This document shows positions 1 to 13,329 of a DNA stretch of 64,000 nucleotides, one piece after another; position 1 is the first letter of the stretch, and every line of letters begins with the position of its first letter. A model generated the notes under the pieces. The model was not told the origin of the DNA. It was given only the letters and a program-made list of their open reading frames with translations, and did no database searches. Origin of the DNA: Octopus vulgaris (lineage: Eukaryota); assembly GCA_951406725.2 (NCBI GenBank), contig OX597814.1, positions 208,940,001-209,004,000 of the forward strand. The letters are read 5' to 3'. Made by a program: the position numbers and the translations under genes.

Positions 1-584
1 TCCCTCAGTCACTTCTATCCCACCCAGTCCAAACCTCTTTATCACCCCACTTATTCTCACCACCCTCAATGTCCCTTGAGGTCATGTCCCAACTTCTTAG
101 TCATCATCTCTCTCGCTATTGCTCTCTTTATCATACTCTCTAACTCACCTTCCTTTTTCTTTCAACAGGTGTGTTCATGTATCTACTCTACATGACACCT
201 ATCCCCGTCCCTCTATACCTCTAATCTCTCATCAACTGGTACAAAAAGCCACCCCCACCCTTACTATCACTCTGTCCTCCCGGCCGAGGATTTTTTTGCC
301 TGTAAGTTACTTGGTGACCCTGTTGATGCAGGTGCTATGTAAAAAGTACTGGTGCTGTTGTCATATAAAAGCATTGATGCTGGTGCCACAAAAAAAGCAC
401 CTGATGTTCTTTGTAAAGTGATTGGTATCAGGAAGGGCATCTGGCCATAGAGACAAAGCCAAAACTGACTATGGAGCCTGGTGCAGTTCCTGGTTTTACC
501 AGCTCCTGTCAAACTGTCGAACCCATGCCAGCATGGAAAACTGATGTTAAATGTTGATGAGGAAACAATATATGTGTGTGTTTG

Positions 585-628
<44 letters not shown>

Positions 629-1671
629 TACACACACGTACACATTATCAGGAGTGACAGTTGGAAGAAAATATTGATTTCTTTCATTTATGTAATATCA
701 ATTTTTGAAGGTACAGCAAATATAGTTGATTGAATTGTTTTCTCCCCAGTACCACTTAGTAAATATATTACTAGTATATATATTTTATTAACTCTGGAAG
801 GATAAAAGGCAAAATCAACCCTGTGTGATTCGAATCAGAATCTACAGGGGACGACGTAATTTACTTCAAGGCATTTAATTCAATAAAAACCTAGAAGGAA
901 ACGAAAAAAATTATGGTATATGTGTTTGCCGTAGGGACCTGTTGCTGCATTGACTCTTTCTGACCAAAACAACTGGTCTCTTTGAATTTTAGTGATTATA
1001 TTTTAGTTCATGCTTTTTGTTTTTTACTAACAGAATACTACAAAGGATATTTTTAATATTTTAATGTGAAAGGGCAGTGTATTAGCAAAATTGGTACAAT
1101 GGTTGTTAAAAATGGTTGTTAAAATGCCTTGTGAGATTTAGTTGCCTCTTTTACATTTTGAGTTCAAATCTTACTGTAGTTGACACGGGCCTTTAATTTT
1201 TTTTTTTTGTTTTGCATGGGTGTATGGTGTCTGATAGAATAAGTACCAGTCATGTACTAGAGTTGATAATATTGACTACTAGCAGCTGTACCTGAGCTGG
1301 ACCCAGGTTTGTTGGTACCTAATATACAAATGAGTAGACAAGTGAAAGAAAAGGGCACTCAACACATTTAATAGGAGTTATATATATTATTCAAAACACT
1401 TTGATTCGATTCCATACAGCCTCAGGTTTTGCAGGCTTTCAAAAGGAGCCCATCAGGGTTTAGATTACAGAATGGAGAGATACAGGAAATCCAAGATGGC
1501 TACAGGAAGATAGGCTTCTGTTGGTTAAGGCAGGTCACAAAGTGTTGTCAAAGACTATCAGTTGCTTAGCGACTGTAGTTCCTTTAGAAAGTGGAATTTA
1601 TATATATATGTATATATATATATATGTATATATATATATGTATATATATATAATATATATAAATATATATG

Positions 1672-1972
1672 TGGAGGCACAATGGCCCAGTGGTTAGGGC
1701 AGTGGACTCGCGGTTGTAGGATCGTGGTTTTGATTCTCAGACCGGGCATTCTGAATGTTTATGGAGTGAAAACACCTAAAGCTCCATGAGGCTCCGGCAG
1801 GGGTGGTGGTGATCCCTGCTGTACTCTTACGCCACAACTTTCTCTCATTCTCTCTTCTGTTGGCCTTCTCACTTAGCCAGCGGGGTGACGTCATCTGAAG
1901 GCTAAAACAATGCGAAGTGCAATGTGACCAGCGATGTGGAACCACATCTGATAGCCTGGTTAGTCACGGTGA
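1672..1972 (+). mobile_element. tRNA-derived SINE, family C
   Basis: A-box TGGCCCAGTGG and B-box-like GGTTTTGATTC head; body matches copies at 44006 and 46433; sits in (TA)n. Confidence 0.85.
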
Positions 1973-2432
1973 TATATATATAAAGTTTTAATTAAAGATT
2001 AGATTTAAATTTAAAATGTCTTTTGGGCATGTCCCTTGTAGTATGCCAGCAAAGTATGTTCACTGCTTATGGCTACCTGGCATCAGCCACGGTAATTGCA
2101 CAATCATTGCTGGATCTATGTGAGGAATTCCACAGTGCATGTTGAATATAGTAGAAACAACTGATATGGAAGATAGAATACACTGGAAACTTTATCACAA
2201 CTATACAATGAATTTCAATGCACAATGCACCCCACAGTGCAGAAGCATTGGGTGATTATGATTACTATCAACATACTCTAGTTAAGCTTAAGAGCAAAAC
2301 GTCAATAAAGAAAACCATGTTCTATCACCTGAAGAGTAGTGCAGGGTAGTTTTTCTACCTGGTCAGCTTCTACCTATGCATGTATGGAAGATGGACATTA
2401 AATGATGATGATGATTATATAGTTGTATATTT

Positions 2433-2465
<33 letters not shown>

Positions 2466-2468
<3 letters not shown>

Positions 2469-2617
2469 GTTGGCGTTGGGAAGGGCATCCAGCTGTAGAA
2501 ACACTGCCAGATCAGACTGGAGCCTGGTGCAGCCCCTGGCTTCCCAGACCCCGGTCGAACCATCCAACCCGTGCTAGCGCGGAAAACGGACGTTAAACGA
2601 TGATGATGATGATGATG

Positions 2618-2618
<1 letters not shown>
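2466..2618 (+). mobile_element. Short 3'-end fragment of the RTE LINE family, (GAT)n tail
   Basis: Matches reverse complement of 29081-29240, the 3' terminus of the RTE element. Confidence 0.85.
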
Positions 2619-2649
<31 letters not shown>

Positions 2650-2884
2650 ATGTGTGTGTGTGTGTGTGTGTGTATGAATGGCTTTGATTACAAGAGATTG
2701 AGGCATATGAGAGTGAAGTATTCCTCAAATTAGTGAGACAGAATGATGCAAAACAATTAAGTAGTCTATTATCATAGCACAGAATGCATTGGTGAAGGCA
2801 AGTTCACTGTTGTTTGGTAATCTGCAACTGCAATATTATCCATAAACCTCCCCTGATGAATGGAACCTTAAGCATGTCATAAAA

Positions 2885-3245
2885 ACAACAAAAACAAATG
2901 ATTAGGTTATCTGGTATTGCTACAAAACAACCCCACAGTAAAACAGTCCCACAGACTGTTCAGTAGAAGTCTTTATTGTCATGTAAGCATAGTACTGTAA
3001 GATATGCAGTATGCACAACATCCATAAAATTATGTAATATGTTATGCAGCTCTCAACTCATCAGGCTAACCTAATAAACATGTCACTGCTGCTTGTTTAT
3101 TTGCTTAGCCTGATGAGAGTTGCATAATGTAATCTTATTGATGTGGTGCATACTGCATATCTGAATGTGCTATACTTATGTCACAGTAAAGACTCTTAAT
3201 GAAACGATTGTAATGATTGTAGATAACCCATTTGTCTGTTTTTAC
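2885..3245 (+). mobile_element. Decayed palindromic element with HHR-like motif (PLE-like terminus)
   Basis: Imperfect inverted repeat centred near 3087; CTGATGA at 3110 and GAAACGATTGTA at 3201. Confidence 0.5.
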
Positions 3246-3261
3246 CATATATACATGTATA

Positions 3262-3478
3262 TACTCTTTTACTATTTTACTTGTTTCAGTCATTTGACTG
3301 CAGCCATGCTGGAGCACCACCTTTAGTCGAGCAAATTGACCCCGGGACTTATTCTTTGTAAGCCCAGTACTTATTCTATCGGTCTCTTTTGCCGAACCGC
3401 TAAGTGACGGGGACGTAGACACACCAGCATCGGTTGTCAAGCAATGCCAGGGGGACAAACACAGACACACAAACACAT

Positions 3479-3531
<53 letters not shown>

Positions 3532-3692
3532 TATGACAGGCTTCTTTCAGTTTCTGTCTACCAAATCCACTCACAAGGCATTGGTCAGCTCGGGGCTATA
3601 GCAGAAGACACTTGCCCAAGATGCCACGCAGTAGGACTGAACCCGGAACCATGTGGTTGGTTAGCAAGCTACTTACCACACAGCCACTCCTG
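3262..3692 (-). mobile_element. tRNA-derived SINE, family A (internal microsatellite)
   Basis: A-box TGGCTGTGTGG and B-box GGTTCAGTCC on minus; internal (TA)n(TG)n; AAAAGAGT-type tail; more than 10 copies in window. Confidence 0.9.
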
Positions 3693-3714
3693 TTTTTAAT
3701 AAAAAATATATAAT

Positions 3715-3876
3715 GTCTATTTTCCAAGCTGGCATGGGCTGGATGATTTGACTGAGGGCTAGCAGGCCAGAAGGCTGCACCAGGCTCCAATCTGATCTGG
3801 CAAAGTTTCTACGGTTGGATGCCCTTCCTAACACCAACCACTCTGAGAGTGTAGTGGGTGCTTTTTACGTGCTACC
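3715..3876 (-). mobile_element. RTE 3'-end fragment
   Basis: Similar to 29110-29270. Confidence 0.75.
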
Positions 3877-4142
3877 AGAGAGTGGAGTGAGCAAGTTTTT
3901 ATTGCATAAATTTAGAATTGTTTCATCAACATTTGAACCTGGGAGTTTTGCTACATTATTATATAATATATACAACTATAGACTTAAGCTGTCGCATTAT
4001 ATCAATACATTTGAATGTCGATTCATCAGAATCATGTATACCTGAATGAAGTCGATATGTATTTATATATTTTAATTGAGTACCACATACCACTTTCTTT
4101 CATTTGTTCACTCACTTGTGTGTGTGTGTATATATATATACA

Positions 4143-4177
<35 letters not shown>

Positions 4178-4317
4178 ATGTTTGTATGATTATGTGTAGA
4201 AAAATATATTAATCAGTGAAATTCTAACTTAGTCTGATTTTCATGTTTTACTATTTGCAATTTTAAAATATTGAAATAAACTAGTACTTTCATGCATTAA
4301 GCAATCATCATCAACTT

Positions 4318-4365
<48 letters not shown>

Positions 4366-4370
<5 letters not shown>

Positions 4371-4770
4371 TCAAAATAAGCAACAAGAATGACTCTGGTA
4401 ATTTGGTACGATCATTTTGTACTACATCATTTTATTAAATGTTGTAAGTATTACAACTGTTTAAAAATGCTAACCACTCACCAACCAATTATAAAGGTTT
4501 TCTATTAATACAAAAATTCTCATATCAATTTTTGTATTAATGGAAAACCTCTATAATTGGCTGATGAGTGCTTAGCATTTTAAAACTGTTGTGATACTTA
4601 CAACATTTAATAAAATGATGTAGTACAAAACGATTGTACCAAATTACCGGAGTCATTCTTGTTGCTTATTTTGAGTATAATCACCCCACGGATTTATATG
4701 GATAACACCATACAGAATTCTGGTGCATCTATTAAGTACCATATTCATTTGAATCTAAAATTTTGCTGAA

Positions 4771-4773
<3 letters not shown>
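4366..4773 (+). mobile_element. Palindromic element (~150-bp arms plus ~95-nt tail) in (TA)n, degenerate HHR; PLE-like terminus
   Basis: Arms 4366-4518 and 4528-4679 are reverse complements; CTGATGAGTGC at 4561; flanked by (TA)n. Confidence 0.7.
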
Positions 4774-4804
<31 letters not shown>

Positions 4805-4959
4805 CAAACAGACACACACACACACACATTCGTGTGGTAGTCTTTTGGTCTTTACTACCTTCCTGCTTCATTCTAGTTGATTCCAGCTGGAAAAATCACT
4901 CCTCTTTCTGTTGAACAATTCCCAACCCGTACAAAATTCTGAAGTGTAACTTAAACACA

Positions 4960-5400
4960 AACAGGGGGCAAATTGCCATATTCATGGTGACCATCACACC
5001 TCTGTTGTATTTGGACTAAGATAAAATGAAGAGCCAAGGCATTGGTATGCTCCAGCTGAGCTGGAATCCTCTTTATTTTGAATAAACTGTTTTAAAAAGA
5101 TGAAGACAATCTTCAATTCATCTAGAATTGTTACATCCATATCAACGTTCAACTTGAGCATGATTTTTTGTTTCAAAATACTGTTCTTATCTAAGTAGTT
5201 ACACAAAATGAATTATTTTTCTAATCTGTAATTTTTTCCGATGCCTGTTGCTGTACATAGTCGTGTACAATATTTTTAGTTTATATGTCTGGAACGAAAA
5301 AAGATCAAATTTCAGAAAAAATGAACAAATTAGAGTTTGCTTATGCCAGACATGGTCAAAGACTTTTCTACTGTTTGAGTTAAAAATATTGGTTTATTGA
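4960..5400 (-). pseudogene. Highly decayed non-LTR RT remnant (Jockey/CR1-like)
   Basis: Minus-strand KVFDHVWHK (5340-5366) resembles KAFDxVWH; downstream AGAYQCLGSSFYLSP weakly resembles GVPQGSxLSP. Confidence 0.4.
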
Positions 5401-5635
5401 AAGTTCTCAAAGGTGAGAGACCACTGCTGTATACAAGAATAGGTTTACAAGAATAAGTTTACAAGAATAAGTTTATGATGGGAATGTGGTTAAGGAAGAA
5501 TGCTGTTTGGTGCAGAAAGCTTAAAATAGCAAATTATCCAGCTTCAGCACCAACGACATTTGTTTGGAAGGAGTGTGAGCTAATGGGAGCTGTGTATATT
5601 GAAGTCATCAAGTATAGTAACTTTGAGACCCAAGA

Positions 5636-5693
<58 letters not shown>

Positions 5694-6946
5694 CTTTAAA
5701 AGTCACGTAACCTGTGATCTCCTTGAGATGATGTGCCTTTATTCAAAATTTCAATGAACATGTCTTGGATTGGAAGGTGATGCCTTTATACTCTCCTATG
5801 AAAATTCCACAACAAACACATGACTTCTGTCAAGGAAGTCATCAGGGTTCATTTGTTAACCTTTTGCTGCAGAAAGAAGAAGAGTAATAATAATTCATCT
5901 AAATATATTTGGCCATTTAGTCTAATAAACTATCTTACTATGGTTTCCTTTCTGTATTTTCTGAGTTAAGGGGTTAACTTTACCTTCCACTCTCTCTCCA
6001 GGATTGGTGAAATAAATTGCATTAAGTGTCCTGATGTCAATTCTTTTGATCACACCCTGTCCCTTACATACTTGTAGACCAATGCTGCCTATGTAAGAAA
6101 TCGATAGGATATTGTTTGTTTAAGTGATTGTCATCCATATAATGTTATATAATAAGTCAGCACGTTAAAGGTTAACAAGAAATTTCAGTAATGATGAGGT
6201 CACGAACAAACCATGCACAGACCAAGATTTTAGTTGCCACAACAGGAATTTAGTTACTTTGAGTATGCATGTGTATGCATGCATGTGTGTGTGTGTGTGT
6301 GCTGATATGTGCAAGTAGGAATATTTAAGGATGGGCTAATTCAATTGAATGTATTAAGAGACAAGAATATCATAGATGTTATCAAAAGTGACAGTTCTAA
6401 ATTGACAAGGTAGAAGGAGGTTATAAGATATGATTAACAAGTGTTTAATAAAGTCGATATATGTAAATGTCAAGAAGGAATTTTAGTGGCTAAAAGTTCA
6501 AGTTAAATTGAAAGCTTCTGTAAAGAATAACTGGAATTGGTGGATCACAGTTTCAATTCTTGTTACATTACAAGCAGGACCAATATACACCTTTTACAAT
6601 TCTGATTGGACTGGCATTTGTGGTTCAAGCTTGACTGTCAGAACCAATGTGAAATACCACAAAGAGAAGCTTTTCGTATATGTAAGCATTCAGGTCTCAT
6701 TGTAATGTAATTTGATGGCTAAAATCTCAAGTTAAAAGTGGAAGCAAGTGCACATCAAAATGGATATTGTGATTTAGAGGTGTTGTTAAGTTTTCACTGT
6801 TTGCTCTACCCTAGCCTATCTTTTTCAGTATGTATGAATATGTGTTTGTTTGCCTGCACTTATGTGTATATCTGTCTGTCTATCTGTCTAAGCAACTACT
6901 CCAGCAACACATGCAATTTGAATGACCTATGCCATAACCTATGTTA

Positions 6947-7337
6947 TACTCTTTACTCTTTTACTTGTTTCTGTCATTTGACTGCGGCCATGCTGGAGCA
7001 CCGTCTTTAGTCGAGCAACTTGACTTATTCTTTGTAAGCCCAGTACTTATTCTATCGGTCTCTTTTGCCGAACCGCTAAGTGACGGGGACGTAAACACAC
7101 CAGCATCGGTTGTCAAGCAATGCTAGGGGGACAAACACAGACACACAAACACATATACACACATACATATATATGACAGGCTTCTTTCAGTTTCCGTCTA
7201 CCAAATCCACTCACAAGGCATTGGTCGGCCCGGGGCTATAGCAGAAGACACTTGCCCAAGATGCCACGCAGTGGGACTGAACCCGGAACCATGTGGTTGG
7301 TTAGTAAGCTATTTACCACACAGCCACTCCTGCGCCT
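6947..7337 (-). mobile_element. SINE family A, full length
   Basis: Matches family A from head AGGCGCAGGAGTGG to tail. Confidence 0.9.
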
Positions 7338-7805
7338 CTCCCATGTTATGTCCACTTTTGCACTACTTTCTAAAACCTCCACCTCTCTCTCTCTCACACA
7401 AGATTGTATGTACATCCTGTAGTCCTGTGCTGATAAAGACCAGTGGAATAATAAAAAAAAAAAAACTCTCTTCATTGAAAAACAGGTGAGGGTTGGTGAC
7501 AGGAAAAGCATCTGACCATAAAAATACTTATGTTCAAAGTGGCTTGATCTGGCCTCTCACACCTACTTTACAATGTCATTCTGAAAATAAATAGTTACAT
7601 CATTGAAATATTAAAGCTATGAGATAATGCATGATTAATTCAAAACAATGTGAATAAATAAGCAATAATACATTTGAGAAAGAAATCTGACTGCTAAAGG
7701 GTTGATATGTGTTCATCCAATCCATGCCAGCAGAGAAAAATGGTCTTGAAATGAATGAATGAAATCTGTCTGTTGTTCTGTCTGTCTGTCTCTGCCTGTC
7801 TTTCT

Positions 7806-7877
<72 letters not shown>

Positions 7878-7879
<2 letters not shown>

Positions 7880-8009
7880 AGCCGTAGAAACACTGCCAGA
7901 TCTGACTGGGCCTGATGAAGCCTTCCAGCTTCACAGACCCCAGTTGAACCGTCCAACCCATGCTAGCATGGAGAACGGACGCTAAATGATGATGATGATG
8001 ATGATGATG
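7878..8009 (+). mobile_element. RTE 3'-end fragment, (GAT)n tail
   Basis: Similar to the RTE terminus. Confidence 0.8.
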
Positions 8010-8142
8010 ATATAAATAACAAATAAAAGTCAGAAGATGGAATATACGAGAATATATTATTAATCACAACAATTGTTTCGACACATCCAGCATCAACTCC
8101 TCTTGTGGGACACACAAAAACTGGTACAGCAGCATCCAGAAT

Positions 8143-8179
<37 letters not shown>

Positions 8180-8183
<4 letters not shown>

Positions 8184-8405
8184 CGAGCTGGCAGAAACGT
8201 TAGCTGGGCGACCTGCGTAACCGTATTTCGTCTGTCGTTACGTTCCGAGTTCAAATTCCGCCGAGGTCGACTTTGCCTTTCATCCTTTCGGGGTCGATAA
8301 ATTAAGTACCAGTTACGCACTGGGGTCGATGTAATCGACTTAATCCGTTTGTCTCTCCTTGTTTGTCCCCTCTGTGTTTAGCCCCTTGTGGGTAGTAAAG
8401 AAATA
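8180..8405 (+). mobile_element. tRNA-derived SINE, family B
   Basis: GCGGCGAGCTGGCAGAAACG head, GAGTTCAAATTCC B-box, core GCCTTTCATCCTTTCGGGGTCGATAAA, AAAGAAATA end. Confidence 0.9.
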
Positions 8406-8600
8406 TATATATATATGTCATTATTCAGTTTTTATGTGAAGATTTCTTGCCAATAGAGAAAGAGCTGGTTTCTAACCTAGACCCAAGGCTCATGCTTGTA
8501 TGTATGTATGTGTGTGTATGTATGTATGTGTGCAGATTTGTATGTTTTGTTTTATGTATGTATTCTCATGCATATAGTTGCATGTCTAGACATGCATATA

Positions 8601-8868
8601 TATACTTAAATGATACACTTCTGGAAAGTTTTACAGATTTTTACAGTTCCACTGATGGCTTGAATTTGTAGTCTTCAAATCAGCTTTTATCCTTTCTGAT
8701 TTTGAGAAGCCAAATTTCTCAAGATTGGACCTTATGCAGTGTCTTACATATCTCAGTGCTCCAATAATTACAGGTATAAACCTGAACTTGTAATCTCGAT
8801 AGATTAATTGTAGATTTCTCAATAGTTCAGCATAGGTATTTTCTTTCTCACTGATCTTTAGCTTTATG
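8601..8868 (-). pseudogene. C-terminal fragment of a restriction-endonuclease-like (R4/Dong/NeSL-type) non-LTR ORF
   Basis: Translation KISEKENTYAELLRNLQLIYRDYKFRFIPVIIGAL...LEKFGF resembles the REL C-terminus (EK..KY..L...IPIVIGALG). Confidence 0.65.
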
Positions 8869-8926
8869 TATGTATGTTTGTCTCTTTGTATGTATGTATG
8901 TATATATGTATGTATGTATGTATATA

Positions 8927-9327
8927 TCTTTATATATAAAAGTGAAGTTGTGTGTCTGTCTCCTACGATTTAGATTCCTAACTACTCCCACATTTTGCAG
9001 TGCAGTTTAACCAAAACCGGGTATCTTATAGTCGTGATTCATATTGAGCCCTTCTGGGTATTAGCGCGCGTCTACGATGAGTCTACGATTTTAAAAATAA
9101 TTTACCATTATTTTTTCCCATTTTAATGCATTTTTTCGCTATTATATAAGGGAAGTAACTCTCTAAAAATGTCTACGATGAGTCAACGATTTAAAAAAAA
9201 AAATTTACCATCATTTTTTTCCCATTTTCAATGCATTTTTTTTGCTATTTTTTGGCTATAACTCTCTAAAAATGCTTATATAGTTATTTCCCTTACAAAC
9301 CCGAGCAACGCCGGGCGATACTGCTAG
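8927..9327 (+). mobile_element. Non-autonomous Helitron
   Basis: 5' TC, 3' CTAG with subterminal hairpin CCCGAGCAACGCCGGG, A|T insertion site; near-identical copy at 63031-63429. Confidence 0.85.
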
Positions 9328-9873
9328 TATATATATATATGTATGTTTATATAAATTGTTTGAAGTGATGTTCAGATTTTATATATTAAGAAAAGAAACT
9401 AGTTGGGTTTGGATAAGAACTATTTATTTTGTGTTTTTGTCCCTTTGAAGGATTCATCATGAATGATTATAGAGAATTCATACCTTTTATATATTTGTGA
9501 GTTAGTTGAATACAAATCCGGAGTTGGATTTGTTTTCTTGGGTTTTAGAAGGAGGAGGATTTTTTGAGATACTCTTTGTAATTTTGAATCTAGATATATG
9601 TGTGTATATATGTGTGTGTAAGCATGTGTGTGTTGTGAGTTTTTAAACTCACACATACCTCTATATTCAAAATGACAAAGAGCATCTCAAATAACCACTC
9701 CCAAACCAGCATCTTTCCCAAACCCTAGAAAACAAATTCAACTCCAGATGTTTTTCAACTCACTTATGTACCATATATATAAAAGGTATGAATCTTCTAT
9801 TCATGTAAAATCCCTACAAGGAATGAAAACACGAAATACATAGTTTTCATCCAAATTTTGATTATCTTTTTTT

Positions 9874-9877
<4 letters not shown>

Positions 9878-9921
<44 letters not shown>

Positions 9922-10065
9922 ATCATTATCAATTAAACTCCACCTTCCATTGGCATAGGTTGAACTATCTATATATATGTATATATATATAAATAAATAA
10001 ATAAATATATATACATATATAAATATATTTATATATACATATATATATGTATATAAATATACATA

Positions 10066-10115
<50 letters not shown>

Positions 10116-10488
10116 TATGCATATATAAATCAAGGGAAGGAGTTAAAAAATTCAAAGGCTGATGTATATATTCATTTGAACCATATTAATAAAGTTCTCC
10201 ATGGTATACAAAGTGCGTACATAGATGCATTCATCTATATGGTATATAAAAATTTCTAAGAATTTATAAGTACATATATACACGAAAATTTAAAAATATA
10301 TATTAAAATTCGTACACATAAAAATTTACAAACACATAAAAATTCATAAATGTAAATATATAAAAAAAAGTGTAAGTCCTTAAATATACTTGCAAAGTCT
10401 GAACGCAAAGGATGATGAAGTGGATGCAAGCTGATTCGTAAAGAGTCTGGAACATGTATAAAGTCTATGTATAAAGTTTTACATATGC

Positions 10489-10538
<50 letters not shown>

Positions 10539-10839
10539 TTATACATATACATATGTATAGAAATATTTTTTAAAATATATATATGTATATAAACATATAT
10601 ACATATGTATATAAATATATGTTCATATGTATATAAATATATATATATGTATATACATATGTGTATATATGTATATATATATATATGTATATACATATGT
10701 GTATATATGTATATATATGTATATACATATGTGTATATATGTATATACATATGTGTATATATGTATATATATATGTATATACATATGTATACATATGTAT
10801 ATGTATATATATATATATTCATATACATATGTATACATA

Positions 10840-10884
<45 letters not shown>

Positions 10885-11732
10885 GCATGCATATGTATAC
10901 ACATACATAAACACACACATTATATTAGCAGCTAAGCCTGGTTTCAACCAGTCGGTTTAGATGATGTGGCTGTAAAACCTGCTCTGTGTAAGCATTCAAC
11001 TTGTTTTGGCACACTTATGTTAAAAATCAATTTTAGAATTACTTTTTTCTGTCAAAATGCTAACAATAACTGACCAGAAAAAAAAAAAAAGAAAGCAACC
11101 AAGATTCAACCAAATGAGAAAATAAATCCAAATACTAAGCGAACAAAGATGAACCATCCTACTTCCATTGCACACACACACACAAACACACGTCCACATT
11201 CACATCCCCCCCCCTTTTACATACACTCATATATTCACAGAGTTGAAACACTGTTTGATTTATTTCTTTCAGTGTACAATTTTCATCATCCCACTACCAA
11301 GTATAACATCACCCCTTCCTGCTTTATTCATCTACCACCGCTTGCTTTCTCATTCATAAACACAAGAGTATTATTATAGTAGATTATCTCAGTAACCATA
11401 GGAGCTATGAAAAAATGCAAAGCCCAGCATCACCACCGGATCATTCTGTGTAATTTTTCGCACAATTCCACCCAACTGTTTGACCGTGAATCCCAAGCCA
11501 AGAAAGAATCGCCCATGTCAAATTTATATGTATAGATATATACATATATATATATAAATATACATATATATGTATATATATTAGTATATAAATATATATG
11601 TATCTATATATATATATATATATGTAGATAAATTTCTGTATATATATGAATATGCATATGTAGATAAATTTATGTATATATAAGAATATGCATATGTAGA
11701 TAAATATATGTATATATAAGAAAATGCATATG

Positions 11733-11785
<53 letters not shown>

Positions 11786-11900
11786 AAGATATATGTATAT
11801 ATATATGTATATAAAGATATATGTATATATATATGTATATAAAGATATATGTATATATATATGTATATAAAAATTTATGTATATATATATGTATATATAA
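9878..11900. repeat. Blocks of (TA)n and (TATG/TACA)-derived micro/minisatellite
   Basis: Seen directly; source of many spurious IY-repeat ORFs. Confidence 0.9.
11150..11385 (+). repeat. Unclassified dispersed repeat, also at ~55870-56195
   Basis: Shared CACAGAGTTGAAAC.CTGTTTGATTT ... CATCCCACTACCA ... CACAAGAGTATTATTATAGTAGATTA. Confidence 0.65.
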
Positions 11901-12214
11901 AATAGAAGTTTGAAAACCATTATAATGCAATTTTTAATGTATGAGAACCTTGTCAAATAGAAGGATCAAAATATTATGTAAGAAAATATATAAACAATTG
12001 TTTTGTTTATTTAAAAGTCCCTTTGTCACATCTTTGAAATTTCTGTTGGATTTTATACATTCCTACTTTGAAAATATCTGACAAAATGATGTAAGAAAAA
12101 TCTATGAGCAGCATTGTGTGTTCTACACTTCATACAACTTTGACAGCCAGATTCTATCCATTATGATAGACTGAGAGTGGTAGTCATAGGAGAAAGGCTT
12201 ACTGAGAGTGAGAT

Positions 12215-12255
<41 letters not shown>

Positions 12256-12549
12256 TTGGTCTTTGTATTTAATTAGTATTTTATTTTATTGACCTGAAAA
12301 CGGTGAAAGGTGCAGTTACCTTTAGTGGGTTTTGAACTCAAACTGCAAAGAGCCAGAACAAATATTACAAGGTATTTATCCAAATACTCTCGCATGTCTG
12401 TCAGTTGATTACCACATAGATGTGTGCATGTGGATGCACGTATACATGCACACACACACACACACTCTCGGTAACAAGAAATGTTTGCATTTCACAGGCT
12501 ATATCATAATCAGTCTTAAGATATTTTTCATCACAAGTGCTTAACAAAT

Positions 12550-12889
12550 TCTGTTGTGTTTGGGGAGAGTCATTTTCTTTTTGTGCCTTACGAGTTAACA
12601 CACTCACCAGTAAAATTTCCACTTAATTCTTATTTTTATTTTCCTAAAATTTTCATTGAGTCTTGCAACCTATTCAATAGTCTTGACTGTTGAAAGACTA
12701 TTGAAAAGGTTGCAAGACACAATGAAAATTTTAGGAAAATAAAAATAAGAATTAAGTGGAAATTTTACTGGTGAGTGTTTTACATTATAAGGCACAAAAA
12801 GAAAATGACTCTCCCCAGACACAACAGAATATGCTTCAACACACGAACTCATGTAAAGAATCTTGCAAACCAAATCCAAAAACGAAATA
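12550..12889 (+). mobile_element. Palindromic element (~135-bp arms plus ~59-nt tail) with 12-bp TSD
   Basis: Arms 12548-12683 and 12692-12830; direct repeat TGCTTAACAAAT at 12538 and 12890. Confidence 0.75.
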
Positions 12890-13329
12890 TGCTTAACAAA
12901 TATTTATAAAATAATAAATCATATGTTGTTGTAATAAAAGTTTGTTGAGTGAAAGAATAGTTGGATCAACCCTGGCATTGCTGGCACTCTAGGTAAGATG
13001 AACTTCAGCACCCATACAAACATATACTTTGAAAATTGTAACAAGCAATAATGCCTGTAACATTTTGTTGTAAAATCCTGCCTCAAATATATCCCTGTTG
13101 AACCATACTAGCATGGAAAAACCAACATCAAATACATAATGCTTGAAACCACTACCCAAGTTGCCATGACATTCATACAGCCCTGCTCTTGCTGTTGCCA
13201 ATCCTTGCCTGTTTTTTGCATAAGGGGTCTTTACTCCCGAGGTCTTTGAAAGCAGAGAGAGACAGGTTGTAATGTCAGCAAGGGATGTAAATGTTTTCCC
13301 AAACAGTGACAAGGTGTGAAATATCAAAA

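Noticed and set aside
10256-11956. Long IY/HT-repeat ORFs (also at 38758-39404 and 45258-45921)
   Set aside because: Stop-free translations of (TA)n/(CA)n microsatellites
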